This document shows, in pieces, positions 23,812-36,343 of a stretch of 64,000 nt of DNA. Under the pieces are notes generated by a model. That model worked only from the letters and a program-made list of their open reading frames with translations. It was not told the origin of the DNA and made no database searches. The position numbers were made by a program, and so were the translations under genes. Within the stretch, counting starts at the first letter, position 1, and each line of letters begins with the position of its first letter. The stretch is from Paramoeba atlantica (Eukaryota > Protista > Discosea). Location: assembly GCA_977017575.1 (NCBI GenBank), contig CDRNVI010000140.1, positions 248,001 to 312,000 of the forward strand. Direction: 5' to 3'.

Positions 23812-25395
23812 ATGGCTTCTCGGACAAACCAAGAGAATTTAGGAAAAGCTTTTGATCGGAAAAAAGAATTTAAGAAAGGGATTGATGTTTCCGAATCTCG
23901 TCGAAGAAGGGTTGATCAGTCCGTTTCAATTCGAAAGAACAAACGGCAAGAAATGGTCGCAAAGAAACGTCAGTTACGGTTGGATGATGAACCCTCCAAT
24001 ACCTATGAACCAACTGATGGAGAATTGTTAGAATTGATTCGAAATATTCACAACCAAGACGCTAACATCCGGCTTGAATCGGTTATTCAAATTCGAAAGT
24101 TGCTCTCCTCAGAACACAGTCCCCCAATCGCCGAAGTCATTCACACAGGAAGTTTGCCGGTTTTTATTCAATTTCTCGAGAAACACGACGATCCAAAACT
24201 TCAATTTGAATCTGCCTGGGTTTTAACAAATATTGCTTCCGGAACATCAGATCAAACCGAACTTGTTGTCAACTCTGGAGCCATCCCTGCTTTTGTATCT
24301 TTGCTTGGTTCCCAAAATGATGATCTCCGCGAACAAGCTGCGTGGGCTCTTGGAAATATTGCTGGAGATTCGCCTCATTTTCGTGATCGTGTTCTCCAAG
24401 CTGGAGCTTTGCAACCGTTACTCCATTGTTTAACTACTTCTTCTAAAATTGGGATGTTGCGAAACTGCAGTTGGACCCTTTCCAACTTTTGTCGTGGAAA
24501 GCCTCCCCCTCCTTTTCAATATCTTCAACCAGCCATCTCTGTCCTTAATGCTCTCCTTAATGCTCCTGATGACGAAATTTTGACAGACGTTTGCTGGGCG
24601 TTGTCTTATTTAACCGATGGAACCAATGATCGAATTCAAGCAGTTGTGAATGAGAGAGATATTGTTCCTCGTGTTGTGGAACTTTTAGATCATGATACTC
24701 CATCTGTCCAAACTCCTGCCCTTCGTGTGATTGGTAATATTGTGACAGGTGACGAGAGCCAAACACAAGCTGTGTTACATTGCCCCATGGCTTTGCCTCT
24801 CTTGAAGAAATTATTGTCTCATCCCAATAAGGCTGTTCGTAAGGAAGCGTGCTGGGGAATCTCGAATGTCACCGCTGGAACAGTCCCCCAGATCCAATGT
24901 GTTATGGAAGCTGGCTTAATCCCAATTATTGTTGATATGATGGCCTCTTCTGAATTTGAAATTCGAAAAGAAGCTGCTTGGACCCTTTCGAATGCTTCTT
25001 CTTGTGGAAACCCTGACCAGGTCCTTTATCTTGTCAACCAAAATGTCCTCCCCTTATTCTGTAGTTTGTTAAATTGCTATGACCAAGCAACAATTTCGAT
25101 TTGCCTCGATGGAGTCGAGAACATCCTTAAACTTGGAAAAGACACCTCTCGGTTTGGCACTCCCAATCCCTTTGTTCGAATGGTAGAAGAATGCGATGGG
25201 CTTTCGAAAATTCATGACCTGTCCAATCACCAAAATGCAGGCATCTTCGAGAAAGTTTCCGGGATCCTCGATTACTTCGATGATGAAGAGGGTGGAGATT
25301 ACAATGACCCATTTGAACCTCAGGTACAACAAGGTCAAGGACAATATGCTTTTGGGGCGGGTGTGAATAACTACAATGGAACTTTCAACTTTTGA
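23812..25395 (+). CDS. KPNA: Importin subunit alpha (IBB domain plus ARM repeats), intronless
   Basis: IBB RRRRVDQSVSIRKNKRQEMVAKKR; ARM motifs FESAWVLTNIASGT, AAWALGNIAGDS, WTLSNFCRGK, ALRVIGNIVTG, KEACWGISNVTAG; ends GTFNF. Confidence 0.97.
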   Translation: MASRTNQENLGKAFDRKKEFKKGIDVSESRRRRVDQSVSIRKNKRQEMVAKKRQLRLDDEPSNTYEPTDGELLELIRNIHNQDANIRLESVIQIRKLLSSEHSPPIAEVIHTGSLPVFIQFLEKHDDPKLQFESAWVLTNIASGTSDQTELVVNSGAIPAFVSLLGSQNDDLREQAAWALGNIAGDSPHFRDRVLQAGALQPLLHCLTTSSKIGMLRNCSWTLSNFCRGKPPPPFQYLQPAISVLNALLNAPDDEILTDVCWALSYLTDGTNDRIQAVVNERDIVPRVVELLDHDTPSVQTPALRVIGNIVTGDESQTQAVLHCPMALPLLKKLLSHPNKAVRKEACWGISNVTAGTVPQIQCVMEAGLIPIIVDMMASSEFEIRKEAAWTLSNASSCGNPDQVLYLVNQNVLPLFCSLLNCYDQATISICLDGVENILKLGKDTSRFGTPNPFVRMVEECDGLSKIHDLSNHQNAGIFEKVSGILDYFDDEEGGDYNDPFEPQVQQGQGQYAFGAGVNNYNGTFNF

Positions 25396-25977
25396 AGAAG
25401 GGACTGGATCCGCTTTTCTCTTCCCCCCCCCACCCTCCTCCTTCCTCCATTTTCCATTTCTACCTCTCTTTAAATTAAATTCCCCACCACCCACAAAAAA
25501 AAAATATGAAATTTTTAAATTGAACACATACAATTCTCCCCAAAAAATTAAAATAAATGAAAATGAAAATAACAACCACCCCAATCAATAATTCACACCC
25601 CAAAAAAGAAAAACCACAACACAACAAAAAAAAAAGAAAAGAAAACACTCAATCACCAAAAAATATTTATTCACCCCACCAATTATACAAATACACACAC
25701 ACTCACAAACTTTGATGAAATTTTGAAAAAGTCTGTGGTGGCTTTGTTCTTGGAAAAAAGAAAGAAATAAAGCACCTTTCTGCCAATCCCCTCTCTCTCT
25801 TTTTTTCAAAAAAAGAAAGAATCCCAAAAAAGAAAGACCTTTCTCCTTTTCCACTCTTTTGTTATCTAAATATAGAATAAAATGGTAGTTTTGTTCCACA
25901 CTTCAAAAAAGGGGGTCTTTTTGTTGAGTGTCTTTTTTTTTTTGTGTTCTTCTTTTGGCTGACTCACTTTTTTCTGA

Positions 25978-28900
25978 ATGGCTTCTCAACAAGGTCAATC
26001 CATCTTTTGGAAGGCAACAAACCCAAAAGATAACAAACGAGATGACCTTTCAATGTACAATGGTCGAAAGGTCGACTATAAGTCTGATCGGTTAGGTCCT
26101 GGAGTTTACGAGATTCAAGCGGAGGCTGTGGGGGCTGGGTTGATGGCGTTGAGACATGTTTCTCTCACTTTGAAGGTTTGGGAAAGTGGTCAAGTAATTC
26201 TTTCGGCTGTGGGTGAAGTAAGCCCAAAAGAGCGTGAGTGGAAACAAACTTTTAAAATTGAAAATCATGGGAAGATTGAGTATGATTGTGTTGGTGTGGC
26301 TGCTCACTCGTTGAAGAATTTGAAATTTAAAACAAGATTGATGCGAGCTGATTTGCCACTTGCTTCTACTGCAAATCTTGAAGCTGCACCTTCTGTGTTG
26401 TTGAAATCTTCCCAGGGTTTTGTTTCCATTTTATTTGCCTTTGCCTCTTTCTCTTGATGGCTCATTCATTTTTACTCACCACAACATTTCAGGTGAAGGA
26501 GGACCAGAAGTTGTCAGGACAATCTATCCCCCTGTTTTGCCAAATATTTGTTGGTCGAGACGATTGTCTGAAACATTCCCTTCTCATCAAGAGTTTTCTG
26601 TCACTCCTTATGAGGGGATGCGTCTCGCTGGGTTGGGTCTTCGTATGAAGCGTTATATCGGTCAGAATAATATCTTTTCTTTTTGCTATCTTTTCTTTTT
26701 AATATCTTTTCTTTTTAATATCTTTTTTCTGCTGTCTCACTCGCTTCCCCTCTCTCTCTCTCTTCCCCTTTTTTAGATGCGGAGACTGCACAAGGAAGAT
26801 TGCCTGTCATGAATCCTTTCAAAAAATCTCCTGCTGGTCCTCGTATGGTTCCTACTTCCCCCTTTTCCATATTTTTTTCTTATTTTTTTTTTTTTCGTTT
26901 CTCTGTTTATTTAACTTTTACTCTCATAAAATAGGGAGTTCCTCTTGGTGGTATTGGAGCTGGGACCATTGGTCGAGGATGGTTTGATTTTTTCACTTAT
27001 TTGTTGCACTTATTTTTTTTTGTGTTTTTGTTCTTTTTTTGCACCTCTTTTTTCTTTTTTTTTGTAACTAAAATTGTGATTAAGGCGGGGTGACTTTGGA
27101 CGATGGTCGATTCTCCCTGGGTTTCCTAACTACAACATCTTAGATGCTGGTTTCTTTTTCTTCTTCTTCTTCTTTCAAGGAAAAAAGAGTATTGGAATTA
27201 ATCATATCTTTGATCAGATAACTTTTCTGTGTATATTAAACGTGGGAAGAGAGATCCTGTTGCGACTGTTCTTCAACCAACCAAACCTTCTTCTCGAAAG
27301 TTGAAGAAAGCTTGGAATTTTGACATCTCTGGAGAGAAATGTACTAATTACTCTCTTTATCCTCAGAGCTTTACTGAGTATAACGAACCAGATGGTTTTT
27401 TCCCTTTCTTTTAGTGATTTCCAACTTCTTTTCATTTATTGATATTCTTTTTTTTTAAAAAAAAAAAAGACCAAATCTCGCTTACTTGTCGACAAGTGTC
27501 CCCTTTCTTGCCTCACAACTACAAAGAAAGCAGTTATCCTGTTGGTGTGTTTGAATGGACAATCGAAAACAGATCAGATTACGAAGCTGAAGTTGCTTTG
27601 ATGTTCACTTTCCAAAATGGAATTGCTGAATCTTATGACAAGTTTTTTTTTAAAATCTTTATTTTTCAAGATAGATGATGTCTTGTTTGTTTGTTGTTCT
27701 TGTGTCTTGATTGGTGATTGTGGGGGAGAGAGGTGTTGTTCTTGTGATTGGGTCTGTTTTTGTTGTGTTTTGGTTTTTTTTTTTGTGGAAGTTTAGTTGG
27801 TTGTCTTAATTTTCTGGTTTGAAACATTTTTTTTTTGTCTAGTGATGGTGGACATCGAAATATCTCTTTCAAGAACAAGACCAAAGATGGCTCCGATGTG
27901 GTTGGAGTCGAGCTCAAGTATGCCATTTTTCTTTCTATCTTTCTTTGCTTTTTTTTTTTCTATTCTCTTTTTCCTTCTTTTTTGCTTAGAAATCTCTTTG
28001 CACAGATATAATTTGCCCACTCACGGGAGAATGAAAAAAGAAGTTTTGAAGAAAAAAGCCCAAAATGAAGCGAATTTAGCTGATCGTTTTCGAGAGTCGG
28101 TAATTTGAGTGCTTTTATTTTTTTTTTTGAATTTTTTTTTGAATTTTTTTTTGAATTTTTTTTGAATTTTTTGATTCGAGAAATCTTTTTTATTCTTTTT
28201 TGTTTTCTTTTTTCTCATTCTGATTATTTTTTATCCTTAGGGTCCAGGTCCTAATATTAGAGAGTCAGGAGGAGCAGCGGAGGGTGGTGCGTTTTCTGGA
28301 GATGGACTTCGAATCTCTTCCTTTAATGTGAAACTCGACGATGATGAAACTCAAGATCCAATGGCTTTCGCGATTTCTGTTCGCTTTTTACTTTTTTCAA
28401 TTCTTTTAAATGATACCATTATTATTTTAATAAAAAGAATATTAGAAGAGGGATTTATTTTATGGGATTAATTTTTTTGAATTAGGTTTCTTCTCCAGAT
28501 GCAGATGCAGAGTTAACACATCACTCAAAATTTTTGATTGAGGGAAAAACTGATACACATGCCTGGAAGGCTCGCACTCTCTGGAAACATTTTTCGGAAC
28601 ATGGAAAACTTTCTAATCAAGAATCTCTTTCTCCTTCTGATCCAGGTCTTTTCTTACTTTTTATTTCTTCCTTTGATCTTTCTTTGGCTCTTTGTCCTCC
28701 CCTTTTCTTTTTTGTTTTCTTTTTTGTTTTATTTTGCGCCTTCTGTTTTCTGTTTTCTTTTATTGAATTAACCCTATAAAAAAAAGGGCAAGTGATCGGA
28801 GCTGCGGTGTGTGGTAAAGTAAAGGTCCCACCTGGTAAAATCAGTCAAATTGTTTTTTCATTGGCTTGGGATGTTCCAATTGTTCGTTTTAATTCTGGCG

Positions 28901-31900
28901 CTGGGTTTTTATTTATTTATTTATTTATTATTTATTTTTTAATTTGTGATTCTTTCTCGTCTTTTTTCTTTTTTTCTTTTCATCTTTTTCTTATTGGTTT
29001 CCAAAATAGTTACTTCCGACGATACACAAACTTCTATGGAAGAACAGGACAAAATGCACCACTTATTGCGACCGATGGGTTGAGTGATTTTAGAGATTGG
29101 GTCAATCAAATTGAAAAATGGCAAACTCCAATTCTTCAGGATTCGAATTTGCCTGATTGGTATAAGCAGGTGAATATCTATTTTTTTCTTTTTTTTCTTT
29201 TTCAAATGGAAGTTGAGGAAGAGAGAAGAGAACGAGAACGAGAACGAAAGAACGAGATTGTTTCTTTCGATGTCTTTGTTGACCAAACGTTTGAATAGGC
29301 CTTATTCAATGAATTGTATTACATTGTTGAAGGAGGTTCGATTTGGATTGGAGAAAGAGTTTCTGATGATCTTGAGTTGCGAAAAAATCAAATGGTGGTC
29401 AAACCTGATCGAGTCGATCAAGAGACTTTTCGAACTGTTGGAAGATTTGGGTATATTTTTTTCCCTTCTTTTATTTGATTTTAAGAGAAGTGAGAATGAA
29501 GCAAATATTTTTTACTTTTCAAAAATAATATTTTATTTTTTCGATTAATTTTTCCTTTCCTTTTCTTCCTATTTCAGGTATCTTGAAAGTCTTGAATACA
29601 TCATGGTCAACACATACGATGTCCATTTCTATGGTTCTTGGGCTCTTATTATGTTGTTTCCTTTACTTGATCTGTCATTGCAAGCTGATTTTTGTAATTC
29701 GACTTTGATGACTCATGCAATTGAATGGAAAACTCTCCATTCTGGGTATTTTCTCTCTTTCTTTTCTCTCTTTCTTTTCTCTCTTTCTTTTCTCTCTTTC
29801 TTTTCTCTCTTTTCTCCTGATTCTCTTTTCTCTTTTTCCCTTTTTCACACAAATTCTCCTTGTACAATGTAGAGACAAAGCTATTCGAAAAGTTAAAGGT
29901 GCTGTTCCTCATGATCTTGGAAACCCTGGTGATGATCCTTGGACTATGGTCAATTCTTACTGTATCCAAGTATTTTTTTCTTTGTTTTTATCATTTTAAC
30001 TTTTCCCGTCTTCCTCTGCTCTCTTTTTTCTCTTTTCTCTTTTTTCTTGGCTAAAAAATTTCAATCTCCAGGAAATTAATTCATGGAAAGATTTGAACAG
30101 TAAACTTGTTCTTCAAGTCTACAGAGATTACCATGTGACACAAGATATTGAATTTTTGAAACAATGTTGGCCTGTTGTGCAAATTGCGGTTGATTATGTT
30201 TCGAAGTTTGATAAGGATGGTGATGGTTTGCTTGAGAATGAAGGATTTCCTGATCAGGTCTTTTTTCTTTCTTGGTCTTTTCTCTCTTTTTTTATTCTCT
30301 TGAATAAAAATTTTCTTTTTTTTTTCTTTTTAACAGACATATGATACTTGGTCTGCGACCGGTCCAAGTGCTTACTGTGGTGGTCTTTGGGTTTGCGCTA
30401 TGTCTGCTTGTGAGAAAATGGCAGGTTTATTATTATTTCTTTTTGACTGAAAAGACTCTTAGTGAGATTGTATTGTTTGTTGTGTTAGGTGTTTGTGAAA
30501 TTGAATAATTTATTATTTTTGTGAGTTTTTGAGCTTTCGGTTTTGTTCTTTTGCTTAATTCCTCTTTTTCAAAAACAGAGGTGTTGGGAGAACCTGTCAA
30601 AGCCAAAGTCTTCCACGAAAAATGGGAAAAAGCCAAAAAAGCCTATCACGACAAATTGTGGAGTGGAGATTATTACCTTTATGATACAAGTGATAGTGAT
30701 CATTTTGATTCAATTCAAGCTGATAGTATGTGTGGGCAATGGTGGGCACGTGCTTCGGGATTGCCTTGTATTTCTGAAGATTCTTGTGTTAAATCTTCTT
30801 TGAAGAAAATCTTTGAGTTTAATGTCAAGAAGTTTCAGTGTGGGCAAATTGGTCCTATTAATGGTATGAAACCTGATGGGAAGATTGATACGTCTTGTAT
30901 GCAGTCTGTCGAGGTATTTAAAATTATTATTTTTCATGATTATTTTGGAAAATAAGAGTGCTGTCTCTTTTGAATGGTTGAATTTTTCTTAATTTCTTCT
31001 CTTTGATTAGGTTTGGACTGGGACTGCATATGGGCTTGCCTCAGCAATGATGCAGGAAGGGTTAATCGAGGAAGCATTTTCGACTGCAAAAGGAATCGCC
31101 AGAGTCACATATGAGACGGTTGGTTATATGTTTCAGACACCCGAAGCTTGGGATACTAGCGGTAATTACCGTGCATTGGCTTATATGCGCCCACTTGCTA
31201 TTTGGGGAATGCAGTATGCCTGGGAGCATGGAGCTCAACAACTCAGGCCAAATCCTAATCAGTATCTTCTTTTTTTTTTTCTTTTGATTTCTTTTTCTCT
31301 TTTTTTCATCGAAGATTATTGCGCTTTCCTTTTTTTTTTTTAATATTTATTTTCAAAAGGGATCTTCTCGAGACAGAACTCGCTGCTGAAATTAAGGCAC
31401 TCAAATCATCTGGTGTGTTTGGCCTTGGGCTAGGATCAGGAGGATCAAAAGAGAAGAAGAAGGCTCTCCCAACGCTTCACGTTGTCTTTGTTGGCGAAAC
31501 AAAGACAAGTAATATTCATGACTTGTTCCTTGCTTGTTGGAAACGTCACCCTGTCGATGATTTCATTCGGGCTTCCGCTGAGGGCGAAATTGAAATTGCA
31601 GGAGAGGAAACTTTAAGTAGTGGTGGACCTGTGAAGTATAAGTTAATTCTCTGTGACACTCGCGAAACTGGAAAGATGATGATTCAATGCAAGCATGCGG
31701 CGGTGATTGTTTGTTCTTACAATGTGGCAAACAAGTCGTCTCGTGATTGGATGGAAAAGGTGTTTTTCCCTGAAGCTCGTGAGAATCTCCCACATACACC
31801 TCTATTGATGGTTGCCACTGGGATTGAAATTCGTCAATCTCCCCAACCTCCTCCAGAATATGTTTTGACATCGGAGGAAACAAAAGCTTATTCGATTGAA

Positions 31901-32107
31901 CTTCAAAAGTCTTGTCCAAATATTCGATCTCATGTTGAGTGTTCTCCTGTGACGTTTAAGGGTTTTAGAACTTTAGCGAATGCTGGTCTTTTGATTTGTT
32001 TGATTGGAAAGGTCAAAGAATCTGAAAAGTCCAATTTGCCAGAGGCAGGAGCTGCGGCCATGGAAAAAATGAAGCAAAAAGATGATCAAAATTGTCTCGT
32101 GATGTAA
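25978..32107 (+). CDS. GBA2: GH116 non-lysosomal glucosylceramidase (GBA2-like) with an N-terminal extension and an in-frame C-terminal degenerate Rho-like domain ending in a CAAX box (CLVM)
   Basis: [92 protein letters not shown]. Phase-2 intron 31262-31359 joins ..NPNQ to DLLETE.. (ORF to 32107). Confidence 0.9.
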
Positions 32108-32636
32108 GTTCAAAAACATGAACAAGTTAATCAAAACAAGAAGATTTTTATGAAGTGATTAGAAGATAAACTTTCTTTTTTTTTTAAAAAAAACTCTTCT
32201 TTCTTATCAGTTGATTCAAAAAACAATAATAACGTTCTGTCTGTTCTTTCAAAATGAGCTCCTCAAGAAAGCAATCATTTTGATGAATCCTGAATGACGA
32301 TAGTTGATTGGTTTGGGAACTACAGGAATTCTTTTCGTTGGTTTTTTCTGCAATCTTTGTGTCCTAATTGCGACCAGTCTGGTGGTTGAGGTTGGTTGGA
32401 GATCACAAAAAATAATTTGAAGAGAAATAAGAAATCAAATTAAATTATTGAACAACACCTCCTTGCTTGACGAACTTTTTAATGTTCCGTTGTTTTGGGA
32501 ACATTTCTAACAGTTTTTGGTATTGTTTTTTTGGGATAGTGGTTCAAAACGATTGTGTCAAATTGTGTTCTTTTGATTCGGTCGAGCACCAGGAACAAGA
32601 GCTCCTTTTCATCATCCTTTGTCTCTCTTGAGGAAA

Positions 32637-33570
32637 TTACTTTTTCAAGAGAGACAAGAATTCTTGGCGGCTCCTGTGGTCTTCGCGGAAGACTCCACAC
32701 ATAGCGCTGGTTGTTGTTGTAGAGCCTGGCTTCTGTGCTCCACGCATAACCATACACATGTGTCTGTTGAATAAAGAAGTTAATATCTCCAATTGTAATA
32801 ACAGGAAGAAAGAGAGAGAAGAGAGAGAGAAGACATACACGCACTCACAAACGACAGCGACACCAGTTGGTTCAACGGCTTCCATGATGGCGTTTGCGAT
32901 GTCTCGAGTAAGTCTTTCTTGGATCTAAAAAGAAAAAGATATCCTCCTGAGCTACTCGAGAGAAAAACGAAGTTTGAAAAGAAGAAAAAGATAAAAAACC
33001 TGAAGTCGTCGAGCAAACATCTCTGCGATCCGAGCCAACTTGCTCAACCCCAGAACCTAAACAAAAAGATAAGAAACCAAAAAACAAAAATGTTATTTTC
33101 TAAAAAAAAAATAGATCTAAAAAAACCTTATCTTTTGGAATATAAGCCATGTGTACTTTCCCAAAGAAAGGGACCATGTGGTGTTCACAAAGAGAGTAGA
33201 TTTCAATATCTTTCACAACAATCATATCATCATGTCCAGGATCCATTGTAAAAACAGCGCCATTGACAACATCTAAAAAAGAAAAATTTGAGAAAAAACA
33301 AAAAAAAAAGAAAATATCAAAAAAAAACAAAAAGAAAAAGAAAGAAGAAGAAAGGTCTTTCCGCAAACCTTTAAGTGTCTCATTGTATCCTTTCGTAAAG
33401 AATTGGAGGGCCTTTGCACACCTCTCAGGTGTTTTCTTCAACCCTTCTCTCTCTTTATCTTCCCCAACTATATCAATAATCTCCGCAAATGATTTTGCAA
33501 GGGCAACAGTTGTTTTATCTTCTTTGACTAAGTCCGAACCATAATCGTACTCATCCGCCATAGAACCCAT
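32637..33570 (-). CDS. GCH1: GTP cyclohydrolase I
   Basis: [49 protein letters not shown]; GT-AG exons. Confidence 0.95.
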
Positions 33571-33840
33571 AAGAGAAGAAAAGGAGACGAGTGAAAGCGA
33601 GAAAGGTGAGCGACAAAAGAGAAAGAAAAAGAGAATGATGACGAAACGAAAAGACGTCGATTGCTTAATTTAGAGCTCTAGAAAAGTTTTTCTCTTTCTG
33701 TCTTTTCGCACCCTTTTTTTTGCTCGGCTGTTTTTTTCTTGCCTCACTTTTATTGCTCCTTATTTTAGTTGCTCTCACTCGATCTTTGTTTTTTTGCTCG
33801 CTTTGATTCTTTTTTATTCAATTTTCCATTGGCTCTGGAT

Positions 33841-36049
33841 TTACAACAAGAGTTGTTCGTTGATATCAAAGGGTCTCAGAGTGGAGAGTTGGGGAACCTA
33901 AAATTTTCCACCAATCAGAAAAAATATTTCATTTTTTTTTCAAAAAAAAAAAGTGGAGAGTGGAACAGAGGAAACCTGTGTCAGCTTTCTGTGGATGATG
34001 AGTTTCCTAATCTTCATCACCAACTCCGCGTAAGAAATATCTCCACCTAAAATATTTTGTTCAGAAAATTCAAAAAGAAAGATCAAAACAGAGAAGAAAA
34101 GAAACCAGAAGCGTTAACGACTTGCAAAAATGCCCAAGTCATTGCTCCATATGATTCTCCTCCAAATTGGGAACCAATGGAGACGTCACTATCCTCACAG
34201 CCGCTGTGTTAAAAAGGAAAATAGATCAGAGGAAGAAGGAAGAATTTGGTTTGGAGGCTCAAAATACCTGATCAAAATCACATCCTTGGGACCACAATTG
34301 CCTGTTGGGATGTAGTAAATACAAATTCTGTGACTCAATAGAGCAGAAAGAAAAATTCAAAAATCAAACCACGCCCAATCTTATGAAATCCATGAACCTT
34401 TGCTCGTCGCCTACGTCCTCCAACCTTTGCAGGAGCCTGATGGCGAGCAATCTTTTTAATTTTTGTGTGCTTTTCTGTCTTTTCTTTTTCAGGTTCGGTG
34501 GTATAAATTCTCTCTGAATTCTCTCTGGGATAAAGCAAGAAATCAATATTTTCTTCAGCGAGGTTTTGAGTGAAAAGGGAAGATATTGTGAGAGAGAACC
34601 TAAATTCGCCATCTGAAGTTTCAAAAATGATTCGTTGGAATGGGAGATCCAAAATTGTACCAGAATGGCAACAATCCATCACACAAGTGACTCGAACACC
34701 GTCCGAAACTCGATCAACCAGAAGTTTTTTCAACTGATAAGAAGAGCTCAATTATTGAAGGTCATCAAACATACTCTCAGTTCAAAAGAAAAAGAGTGAA
34801 CCTCATCATCAATGATAACTCCAGCAGTGTCTTTGTCGCAAGGGCAAATCGCCTCATCCATGCCATCTTCTTCATCTTTATTTTTATCCTTAACTTGAGC
34901 TAAAAAACCAAAACTTAGTTCTATTTACAAGAATGAAAAAATATTAATTAGAGAAAAAAGGCGAACTTCCATGTCCACTGTAGTTGAACACAAGTGAATC
35001 TCCGGGAGAAGCGCCCTGAGTGAGCCAATGAATTCCCTCGAGAATATTTTTCTTGGTAGGCCAAGTACGTTTGTCCTTTTTAAAATTTATCAGTTTTTCC
35101 AAAAAAAACTTCGAATTTGTTTGAATTCTTCAAAAAAAAAAACACGAACAGGATTGCCTTCGTCGACAAGAAGTCGAATGTGCTCATCCTCAAACCCAAA
35201 ATGTGAAATCAAAGCTTCTCGAAAATGATGGGCATCGTTAACACACCCATCCAATCCTCCATCACCCTAAGAAAGAAGGAAATTAGAAAAATGATAAAAA
35301 GATATTATTTCAAGAACAAAAAAGAATATTTTTTTGAGATAGAGGAAGAAATTTCAACCTTAGGACTATCCAAATAATTGATACCAATGACAAGAGCTCT
35401 TTTGTGAGATTTTGGGTGGGGTTTCCATGTTGGGGTTGTGCTAATATAACTGAGGGAGATGGTGATTGTTGCCTCTCCAACAGGTTTTCCTTCATTGTCT
35501 TTTAGGGGGAGAGTTTCCTTGAAAGAAAAAAGTCAAAAAAAAAAGACAAGAGAAGGAAGAATCAATTTGGGAGATGAAAACCTTTTTTAATTTTTTCCCT
35601 GAATAATATTCATCCAAAGAGAAAGTAGCAGCTCCAATGAAATCATCTTTTCGGCATCGATCTTCATCCCAGACCTGAGAAGAAAATCAGACAGTCATCA
35701 CAGGATTAACAGGGAAAAAGAAGAAAAGGGAACCTGAAAGACAACTTCTGTGGGTCTTCCTTCAACAGGAACTGAATAATCTGAAACATAATCGAAGAAT
35801 TATCAAATCAAATTTTGTAAACAAAACTATTTCAAATCTAAAAACCAAACCTTTATTCCAAACAGGATCTTCACAGTCAGTGAAAGTGGTGGACCGTTCC
35901 TTTTCCACACCATCCACCAAAACAACAACATACGGGTCACTCTTTCCTCCCCCACTCGAAAAATACGAATCCATATCAGGAAGAGAACTAGCTTCATGGA
36001 GTGTGGCATACAAAACCCCTGTCTCTTCTCTCTTTTCCTCTTCAGCCAT
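33841..36049 (-). CDS. Metacaspase (C14 peptidase) with an N-terminal C2 domain
   Basis: C2 motifs [23 protein letters not shown]. Peptidase motifs [22 protein letters not shown] (His), [17 protein letters not shown] (Cys). Ends VPQLS..INEQLLL*. Confidence 0.9.
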
Positions 36050-36343
36050 CTTGTTGTTGTTGTTGATGGTGTTTGTTGGTGTTTCTTTCAAAGAAGAGCA
36101 AAAAAATGAAACTAATTTTTTGCGAGCGTGAATGGCTATTTTTAGGTTTCTTTTAATTTTCATATCTGAAAGAGATTTGTCGGACACCCAAATTTGGAAC
36201 ACATTTTCCTATTTTTGGATAATTTGGACCTGTTCCTTGTTTTGGTGAATTTGGTTTTTTGGTTGAGGTGACAGTTTTTTTTTGGTTTGGTTTTTTTTGG
36301 TTTTTTTGCGATTTTGGTTGGGATTCTGAAGGACGACAACACA

